DNA from: a virus
Length of the DNA: 64,000 nt
Reading direction: 5' to 3' (one strand)
Virus record (IMG/VR): IMGVR_UViG_3300032093_000017
Shown: positions 56,585 to 64,000 of the stretch, in pieces
Layout: each line of letters begins with the position of its first letter
How positions within the stretch are numbered: the stretch's first letter is position 1
Made by a program: the position numbers and the translations under genes
Notes under the pieces: model-generated
The model's input: only the letters and a program-made list of their open reading frames with translations
The model's database searches: none
What the model was told of the DNA's origin: nothing

Positions 56585-57565
56585 ATGGCAGCTTCATTTA
56601 TTAAAAAATCCGATGGAAATTATTATTTGAGATTAACTGATAATACTACTTCAGTTAAATTTGCAGCAGTTGCTAATGCTGGAAATACTTATACGTTTTC
56701 AGTTAATGGAAGTGTAGTGGTATCAAAACCAGATGGTAACTCTAGCACTTTTTATTCATCAAGTGCAACTCCAGTTCCCTCTGGCGGATCTTTGGATAAT
56801 GGGTTTTTTCCAGGTTCGGAAACAAATTATACTTATTCTGGGTCTGGAACAAGAGATTATCTTTTATCGTTTACTTCTTCTGGTCCAGGAACACAATTTT
56901 ATCTTGGAGGAGCATCATTAACTTGGGGAGGATATGCTTATCCTGGAAGTGGGTACATTTCAAATCCCGTAGCAGTTGGTGTTAAAACTCCATTAAGCAT
57001 TAGAAATACAGGAACTTTAACGCACATATTTGACAATGACACCAATACAAATACATTATTTAATGGCACTGGAGCAACTTTTGTAAATCAAAATCCAAAT
57101 GCACCAGATGGTGTGCCTTGCGATTCAAATAATTTTAATTATTCACAAAAATATTATACAGTATATTGGAACACTGCATTCCCAAATAGTAATTATACAT
57201 TAAATATAACAATTTTAGATAATCAATCAGCATCTGGTGATCATGATGGTTTTATTAACTTATGTTCTATTGCAAATAAAACTACTTCTTCTTTTGATAT
57301 TCAATTTTACGCATCAAATGTTAATGCAATTAGTTATGTCAGATCATTTTCAGCATCTGCATCTTACGAATCATCTTGGTCTAACGCAGGTAATATTTTT
57401 ATCAAGAATGGTGGTTCTTGGAAAGAAGTTCAAACTGCATGGATTAAAAGGAATGGGTCTTGGGCAAAAGTTTTTCAGAATTATGGCAACTCATCTTGGA
57501 TAAACATGCTTGAAAATTTAGATGATGCCATTGACTTTGGTGTTCAAGTAATTGCCAATAATTAA
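56585..57565 (+). CDS. Fibre tip / receptor-binding candidate
   Basis: S/T/N-rich; IFIKNGGSWK...WIKRNGSW C-terminal motif. Confidence 0.55.
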   Translation: MAASFIKKSDGNYYLRLTDNTTSVKFAAVANAGNTYTFSVNGSVVVSKPDGNSSTFYSSSATPVPSGGSLDNGFFPGSETNYTYSGSGTRDYLLSFTSSGPGTQFYLGGASLTWGGYAYPGSGYISNPVAVGVKTPLSIRNTGTLTHIFDNDTNTNTLFNGTGATFVNQNPNAPDGVPCDSNNFNYSQKYYTVYWNTAFPNSNYTLNITILDNQSASGDHDGFINLCSIANKTTSSFDIQFYASNVNAISYVRSFSASASYESSWSNAGNIFIKNGGSWKEVQTAWIKRNGSWAKVFQNYGNSSWINMLENLDDAIDFGVQVIANN

Positions 57566-57713
57566 TGTTATTTCAATTATATATTTACTTGAACTGCTAT
57601 CCTCTTGACGACCTCCCCCCCCCAGATGCCCTTGTATATCATTTTGATCTTTAAAATATCTCGTAATGCATTGGCACCTATATAGTATAACAAAAAAGTA
57701 ATCGCAATAAGTA

Positions 57714-60700
57714 ATGGCGGACAGATTTCCACTTATAGCAAATCCAACAACTCAACAGATTGAGGAATTAGCACCTGGAGATAATCTCAATTTACAGAAT
57801 AGTGGAATAGTTGGTGCTACAACTATAACCGCAGATAAGTTTGTTGGAAGTTTAGAAGGAAACGCAACGAGTGCGGATAGATTAAATAATGCTGCGAATA
57901 TAACTTCTGGTATTGTTAGTACTTCTAGACTTAGTGGTTATTATGGAATTAATGTAAATAGTGCAAATATACTTACAAATGCTGCTGGTATAACTTCTGG
58001 TTTTATTAGTAGTGATAGATTATCTGGTCATTATCCAATTTCTGTTGATTCTGCTTCTTCTTCTGATGCTTTGACTGATGCATCAAATATTACAGGTGGT
58101 ATAGTTCCTTCCGAAAGGTTAGAGGGATTTTACGACATTAATGTAGGAACAGCAAACACTGCAAACATTATTACTCCTGGAAGTTTTCAGAATATTAGTA
58201 TTGGAGGAAATGCTGCTACTGCTACTACAGCAGTCAATCTTTCTGGTGGAACAGTTTCTGGTGTTGATTTAAATATTAGTGGCATTGGTACAATTGGAAC
58301 TTTAGGTGTTTCTGGTTTAACAACAACAACTAACTTAAATGTAACCAATTTAGCATCAATTGGGTTTGCTTCTGTAGGAGTTGCAACGATTGGATTTGGA
58401 ACATTTACAAATGTCAGAATATCAGGTGCTGCTACAATTGGGTTCTTAACAGCAACTAATGCTCGTGTTTCTGGAACTGCTACTGTTGGATTTTTAACTG
58501 CAACTAATTTAAATTCACCCAATGCAACTTTGGGAATTGTTACTGCAAATACACTCACTGGTCTTAATACATTATCTTCGTATGATGCAACCCTTGATTT
58601 TATTAATAATACTAGGATTACATCGGGTTTATTGGTTGGAACTGCAGCATCAATTGGAATTGCAACAATAGGATTTGGAACTTTTACAAATGTACGAGTA
58701 TCGGGAATATTAACTGCAGGTACATTTTCTGGTAATTTTAGTGGAGGAATAGTTGCTGCTGCTGCTTCTATTGGAATTGCAACAATTAGTTATGCAAATG
58801 TCGGACTTGCATCAATTGGTATTGCAACTGTAGGATTTGCCTCTGTTGGTATTGCTACTATAGGATTTTTAACCGCAACTGATGTTCGTGTTTCTGGAAC
58901 TGCTACTGTTGGTCTTTTAACTGCAACAACAATTTTCACTAATAATTATCTTGGAAATGGGGAATCCATAGTAGGTATTGTAACTCAAATTAATATTGGG
59001 ACCGGTCTTACTTTAACATCTACACAAACAGCAGGAAAGGGAATAGTTAATGTAGGAATTCGCACTACTATAGGAAAAACAATCTTTGTTTCCTTTGAAG
59101 GAAATGATTCAAACACTGGATTGTTGAATAATGATGCAAAGAAAACTATAAAAGCAGCAGCAGCACTTGCTTTACCTGGAGATACAATTAAAGTTTTTCC
59201 AGGAACTTATGTTGAAAATAATCCAATAGTTTTATCAAAAGATGTTTCAGTGGAAGGAACAGAGTTGCGTAACTGTTTAGTTTCACCACAAAACACTGGA
59301 CTTGATTTATTCCACGTTAATAATGGATGTCATTTAACAGATTTAAGTTTTGTTGGTGCTCCATCAACAAATGGTGCATCGGTAGTATCATTTCAACCAC
59401 TTGCTGGAGTTTCTACTCATAGATTTTTTGATGCTGCAAGAATGATTCGTATGAATCTTGATTTTATTTCTGAAGAAACTGTAGGATATTTAACCAGCAC
59501 AGATTATAAAAATCCTATATTTAATTCTGGAATAAGTACAATTAGAGAAGGTGTTGTATCTGCATTAAAGGCAGTATGCCATGACATTACAAGGGGTGGA
59601 AATTCTAAGTGTGTGGTTGCAGGAAAATCATATTACACTGCAGGAGGAGCACTTCAGAATATTGTTGGATTTAAAACCGAAACAATAGATGCCTTTAATT
59701 ATGCAGTAGGAATTGCAAGGTCTTGTATTAATAATGTTTCTTTTGCAAAAACAAGTGGTGGAAATTATCAGTCTTATTATACACAAGTAAAGGATGTTTC
59801 CATTCAAGCAGATTCTGCAACTGGATCTAATACTAATTTAAATTCTTGTTCAAATGTAATTTCTGCATTATATTCTTGTGTTGGAATTGTGACTACAATA
59901 ATTAATGATGGTTTGAGTGCTCTTGGTGGAGCAGGAATTAATACAACACTACCATCAGCATATGATGGACAATCAAGTAACAATTGGTCCAGCACAAAAC
60001 TTGAAGGAACAACGTTCTCACCTGGTGTCGGAATTATTTCAAAAGGTCCTTATATTCGCAACTGCACAAATTTTATACCAAATAGCATTGGATTAAAGGT
60101 AAATGGTTTTGATGCAGAACCTGGAGATGAAATTGATAATGGCATTCAAGGTTCTATGAGTGTTGATTCTTATACACAATATAATCAAGGTGGTATTGGA
60201 GTGTCAATTACCAATGGTGGTTATGCTCAATTAGTTTCTATCTTTACAATTTGTGATGATATTGCGATTTATACATCTTCTGGTGGTCAGTGTGATATTA
60301 CCAATTCTAACAATTCATTCGGAACTTATGGATTATATTCAAATGGTGTAGGGGATTACTCTAGTAGATCAATTTTTAGATATACTGGAACTGCAAATAC
60401 AAATGCTACTATAGGTCAAAATATAATTACAGTTTCTGGTTTGGGAACCAATAGACCATATCAAGGGCAAGCAATTTATTTTGGAAACTTATATTATTCT
60501 GTTGAATCTATAAGTGTCACTGATGGTGGTTCTGGTTATACATCGGAACCAATTGTTACAATTAGTTCTCCAACTGGTCCAAATGGAATTACTGCCGAGG
60601 CATTTCCTGTAATTGAAAATGGAAAAGTAGTTTCAATTAATGTTATTAGTACTGGTAATCAATATGTAACTGCACCAACTGTAACGATCAGTGGTCCTGG

Positions 60701-61136
60701 TGCTGGGGTTACGGCAACTGCTTCTGCAAATCTTGCACCAATATATTATAAAGTTGATGGTGCAACTTTACCATCTGCTGGCATTTCAACTATCACATTA
60801 ACTGAAAATCTAAATAATACAGTCAGTGCAGGAACTACTGCTTATTTCTCTAGAATGAGTTTGCAGGTTGCATCTACAATATCATTTGAATATATAGGAG
60901 CAGGCAATGCAATTGAATCTGCAAGACCATCTAAAGGTGGTGTGACAAGACAACAGAATGAAGTCGTTAGGATAAATGGAGGAGAAGTTGTTTATACTAG
61001 TACTGACCAGTCAGGAAACTTTAGAATTGGTGAGGGAGTAGTTATCAATCAATTAACTGGAACCATTAGTGGAAGATCCTTCAGTCAAAGTTTGTTAAAT
61101 ACAGTAACACCTTTACTCATTGCATTAGGAAGATAA
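57714..61136 (+). CDS. Tail fibre/spike protein (module 2, gene A)
   Basis: MADRFPL start; ATIGF repeats; C-terminal half paralogous to 51364-54108. Confidence 0.7.
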   Translation: MADRFPLIANPTTQQIEELAPGDNLNLQNSGIVGATTITADKFVGSLEGNATSADRLNNAANITSGIVSTSRLSGYYGINVNSANILTNAAGITSGFISSDRLSGHYPISVDSASSSDALTDASNITGGIVPSERLEGFYDINVGTANTANIITPGSFQNISIGGNAATATTAVNLSGGTVSGVDLNISGIGTIGTLGVSGLTTTTNLNVTNLASIGFASVGVATIGFGTFTNVRISGAATIGFLTATNARVSGTATVGFLTATNLNSPNATLGIVTANTLTGLNTLSSYDATLDFINNTRITSGLLVGTAASIGIATIGFGTFTNVRVSGILTAGTFSGNFSGGIVAAAASIGIATISYANVGLASIGIATVGFASVGIATIGFLTATDVRVSGTATVGLLTATTIFTNNYLGNGESIVGIVTQINIGTGLTLTSTQTAGKGIVNVGIRTTIGKTIFVSFEGNDSNTGLLNNDAKKTIKAAAALALPGDTIKVFPGTYVENNPIVLSKDVSVEGTELRNCLVSPQNTGLDLFHVNNGCHLTDLSFVGAPSTNGASVVSFQPLAGVSTHRFFDAARMIRMNLDFISEETVGYLTSTDYKNPIFNSGISTIREGVVSALKAVCHDITRGGNSKCVVAGKSYYTAGGALQNIVGFKTETIDAFNYAVGIARSCINNVSFAKTSGGNYQSYYTQVKDVSIQADSATGSNTNLNSCSNVISALYSCVGIVTTIINDGLSALGGAGINTTLPSAYDGQSSNNWSSTKLEGTTFSPGVGIISKGPYIRNCTNFIPNSIGLKVNGFDAEPGDEIDNGIQGSMSVDSYTQYNQGGIGVSITNGGYAQLVSIFTICDDIAIYTSSGGQCDITNSNNSFGTYGLYSNGVGDYSSRSIFRYTGTANTNATIGQNIITVSGLGTNRPYQGQAIYFGNLYYSVESISVTDGGSGYTSEPIVTISSPTGPNGITAEAFPVIENGKVVSINVISTGNQYVTAPTVTISGPGAGVTATASANLAPIYYKVDGATLPSAGISTITLTENLNNTVSAGTTAYFSRMSLQVASTISFEYIGAGNAIESARPSKGGVTRQQNEVVRINGGEVVYTSTDQSGNFRIGEGVVINQLTGTISGRSFSQSLLNTVTPLLIALGR

Positions 61137-61137
61137 A

Positions 61138-61491
61138 ATGGCAGTAGTAGCACTTAATACATTTAAAACTGTAAGAAAAAATTTAACCACTTCCAACGTT
61201 GGAATTTATACTTGTCCATCTGGAGTTGCTTCAATTGTAATTTTGGCACAAGTAACAAATGTCTCAACAGGATCAACCACTTATACAGTGACTGCTGTTC
61301 ATTCTAGAAGCACAGAATCTCCCACTGATTATAAATTTGCAAATAATGTTTCTGTTCCCCCCAATGATTCTGTAAATTTAATTCCAGACGGAAGACTTGT
61401 GTTGGAAACTGGTGATGTAATTAAAGTTTCGGCAAATTCTGATGATAATTTAAATATTGTGTTGAGTGTTTTAGAAACTGCAAAAGGATAA
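61138..61491 (+). CDS. Fibre-associated protein (module 2, gene B)
   Basis: PPND...DGRLVLE...S.LET motif. Confidence 0.6.
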   Translation: MAVVALNTFKTVRKNLTTSNVGIYTCPSGVASIVILAQVTNVSTGSTTYTVTAVHSRSTESPTDYKFANNVSVPPNDSVNLIPDGRLVLETGDVIKVSANSDDNLNIVLSVLETAKG

Positions 61492-61496
61492 TATAA

Positions 61497-62939
61497 ATGT
61501 ATAATTACACTTCCGGAAGAGTTAAAAAAGAAACAAGAACAGGAATCACATCCGATAGATATGAATTTTTAGGATTAAATCAAGCAGAGCCAGATCTCGG
61601 AGATCCATTGGTTGGTCCTTCTTCAGTTGGTGCAAATCCAGCACCACCTTCAATATCTGGTGATCAATATTTACTCGTTGCCAATAAAAATAATCCGGGA
61701 AAAAGATATTGGATTGCATCTTCTCAGGTATTGACTGGTGGTTTAATTCCCGGTTCTTTCACTATTTTTGATGATAATATTCAAGTAGGAGCAGCAAATA
61801 GTTTTAATGTTTTTAATTTAGTTGGTGATATTGTGTCAGTAGATCCAGTTGGTTCTGGGGTTTCCGATCAAACTGGAATTGCGACAATTAGATTTTCACT
61901 AAAAGCGCCTGGTCAAGCAAATCAAATAATGTATCACGGAAGTGGTAATTTAATTAGAGCAGCAAGTGGATTTGTATATTCTTCAGGAAATATTGGAATT
62001 GGAAGTAATTCTCCAACTGAAATACTGGATGTAAGTGGAAATGGTAAGTTTCTTGGATCTGTAAGTGCTTCAAGTTTTGTAGGTAACTTAACAGGTACAG
62101 CAACTACTGCTTCTGGATTAACTGCAACATCAAATATAAACACTACTGGTATTATAACTGCTTCAAGTTTTGTAGGTAACTTAACTGGAACAGCAACCAC
62201 TGCTTCTGGTGTTTCCACAGAAATAAACATTAACACTACTGGTATTATAACTTCTTCAAGTTTTGTAGGTAATTTAACTGGAACAGCAACCACAGCAACC
62301 ATAGCATCTACAGCACTTGGAGTATCAACATCAATTAGCATCAATACCACAGGAATTATAACTTCTTCAAGTTTTGTAGGTAATTTAACTGGAACAGCAA
62401 CTACAGCAAATAATGTAAGTTCTAGTATTAATATAAACACTAGTGGAATTATAACTGCTTCAAGTTTTGTAGGTAACTTAACAGGCACAGCAACTACAGC
62501 AACAAATGTAATTAGTGGTTTTGCATCTGTTTCTTCATTGAATGTCTCTGGCATAACTACGATTGGAAGTGCAACAACTTCCACAAATACACCATTACAA
62601 GTTGAAACTTATGGAGTAAAAACAGGAACTGGTAATTTTATTGCTTCAGTTGGAATTACTACATCCATAGATAGTTTTTCCATTACAACTACAGACTTCA
62701 AATTAGTTGAGTATTCTGTTCATATTGGATTTAGTAGCAGTATTCAAGTTCAAAAAGTTTTAATTATGCAAGATGGCATTATTGCAAATGCTGAATCTTA
62801 TGGCATTATGTATAACAAAAATGCTTTGGTTGCAATTGGAGCAACTTTGGATGGGACTGACTGTAAATTGCAAGTTACACCTCAGTCTGGAGTAAATGGA
62901 GTGACCACATATAGATTCGTAAGAGGAAGTTTATTATAA
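61497..62939 (+). CDS. Tail fibre protein (module 2, gene C)
   Basis: SGRVK..SDRY..NQAEPDLGDP; SSFVGNLTGTATTA repeats. Confidence 0.7.
   Translation: MYNYTSGRVKKETRTGITSDRYEFLGLNQAEPDLGDPLVGPSSVGANPAPPSISGDQYLLVANKNNPGKRYWIASSQVLTGGLIPGSFTIFDDNIQVGAANSFNVFNLVGDIVSVDPVGSGVSDQTGIATIRFSLKAPGQANQIMYHGSGNLIRAASGFVYSSGNIGIGSNSPTEILDVSGNGKFLGSVSASSFVGNLTGTATTASGLTATSNINTTGIITASSFVGNLTGTATTASGVSTEININTTGIITSSSFVGNLTGTATTATIASTALGVSTSISINTTGIITSSSFVGNLTGTATTANNVSSSININTSGIITASSFVGNLTGTATTATNVISGFASVSSLNVSGITTIGSATTSTNTPLQVETYGVKTGTGNFIASVGITTSIDSFSITTTDFKLVEYSVHIGFSSSIQVQKVLIMQDGIIANAESYGIMYNKNALVAIGATLDGTDCKLQVTPQSGVNGVTTYRFVRGSLL
62060..62500 (+). repeat. About 96-nt imperfect coding repeats
   Basis: (INTTGIIT)ASSFVGNLTGTATTA x5. 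Confidence 0.85.
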
Positions 62940-62984
62940 TTAATTTATCATTTCAAATGAAAACATAAATACTTAAAAACTCTC

Positions 62985-64000
62985 ATGGCAGATAAAGGTT
63001 TCGGTTTAAATCAACTAAATTTTACTGGAATAGCAGGAACTTCATTAATTGAGAGTGGAGATACTCTGCAGGTAAATGCTCCTTTATTTTCTGTTAGCAC
63101 AGATTTTTCTGTCGGTGGGAAGGTAAACTCAAATATAATTCTCTCAAGTTCTTATTCTATTGGTATTGGTTCTACTCAACCAAAAGAAAAACTTGATGTT
63201 TTAGGGAATATAAATGTTTCTGGTTCAGTAACTGCAACATCTTTTGTGGGATCTGGTACTGATCTCATTGGAGTAGCAAAAAATACAATATCTGCAATTG
63301 ACGAGAATAATTATTATTATCCAATTCTGACTCCATCTTCAGCAAATGCTGGTACTTATTCAACAGTTGTAGTTCCATCCAGTAAACTTGTTTTTAACCC
63401 ATCAGGTTTGTTGGGAATTGGAAGCACGACTCCAAATTATAATTTAGATGTTGTTGGTACTGGAAGATTTACAGGAAATTTAATTGCTTCAAGTTTTGTA
63501 GGTAACTTAACAGGTACAGCAACTACTGCTTCTGGATTAACTGCAACATCAAATATAAACACTACAGGAATTATAACTGCTTCAAGTTTTGTAGGTAACT
63601 TGACAGGCACAGCAACTACAGCATCCAATGTAAGTTCTACTATTAACGTAAACACTACAGGTATTATAACTGCTTCTAGTTTTACTGGAAATCTTACAGG
63701 TACAGCAACTACAGCATCCAATGTAAGTTCTACTATTAACGTAAACACTACAGGTATTATAACTGCTTCTAGTTTTACTGGAAATCTTACAGGTACAGCA
63801 ACTACAGCAACTACAGCAAATAATGTAAATTCTAGTATTAATATAAACACTACAGGAATTATAACTGCTTCAAGTTTTGTAGGTAACTTAACTGGAACAG
63901 CAACTACTGCCTCAGGATTAACTGCAACATCAAGTGTAAACACTACTGGTATTATAACTGCTTCAAGTTTTGTAGGTAACTTAACTGGAACAGCAACTAC
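62985..64000 (+). CDS. Tail fibre protein (runs off the window end)
   Basis: MADKGFG start after TAAATA; same repeats as the previous gene; no stop seen. Confidence 0.75.
   Translation, partial: MADKGFGLNQLNFTGIAGTSLIESGDTLQVNAPLFSVSTDFSVGGKVNSNIILSSSYSIGIGSTQPKEKLDVLGNINVSGSVTATSFVGSGTDLIGVAKNTISAIDENNYYYPILTPSSANAGTYSTVVVPSSKLVFNPSGLLGIGSTTPNYNLDVVGTGRFTGNLIASSFVGNLTGTATTASGLTATSNINTTGIITASSFVGNLTGTATTASNVSSTINVNTTGIITASSFTGNLTGTATTASNVSSTINVNTTGIITASSFTGNLTGTATTATTANNVNSSININTTGIITASSFVGNLTGTATTASGLTATSSVNTTGIITASSFVGNLTGTAT
63484..64000 (+). repeat. About 96-nt coding repeats shared with the upstream gene
   Basis: GCTTCAAGTTTTGTAGGTAACTTAAC units, at least six. Confidence 0.85.

Noticed and set aside
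61934-63943. Minus-strand repeat ORFs, and similar antisense ORFs over psbA, psbD, zwf and gnd
   Set aside because: Shadows of plus-strand genes
62060-64000. CRISPR-like regularly spaced repeats
   Set aside because: In-frame coding repeats with related spacers; no cas operon

Overview
AT-rich segment of a large T4-like cyanomyovirus genome, probably from freshwater; the evidence is the gp32/gp59/gp33/gp4/gp2/gp48/gp53/gp26/gp5 homologues, many T4-type late promoters (TATAAATA/TAAATA) and cyanobacterial auxiliary genes. Layout: 1-11 kb glycan-modification island (FkbM methyltransferases, GT25, GT10, HAD/nucleotidyltransferase fusion, epimerase, UDP-sugar dehydrogenase); 11-19 kb two hli genes, peroxiredoxin, C39-like peptidase, GIY-YIG-like homing endonuclease, GH24 lysozyme, thermonuclease; 19-27 kb psbA split by two ORF-less group I introns, an EndoVII-type free-standing endonuclease, psbD, talC-zwf-gnd; 27-36 kb glutaredoxin, thyX, phoH and replication/late-transcription genes; 36-64 kb baseplate, tail and fibre genes, with cp12 embedded. 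Strongest leads: (1) two late genes with near-identical ends and unrelated basic cores bounded by possible prohead-protease sites, possibly a capsid-loaded cargo cassette family; (2) a likely programmed -1 frameshift joining gp26 and gp51; (3) a small late RNA antisense to the leader of the adjacent endonuclease gene; (4) a 9-nt-periodic AATAC array in the gp32 leader; (5) a circularly permuted amidase domain; (6) RpaB/HLR1 sites on the photosynthesis gene promoters; (7) a split gp53. All calls come from reading motifs by eye; no database searches were run.
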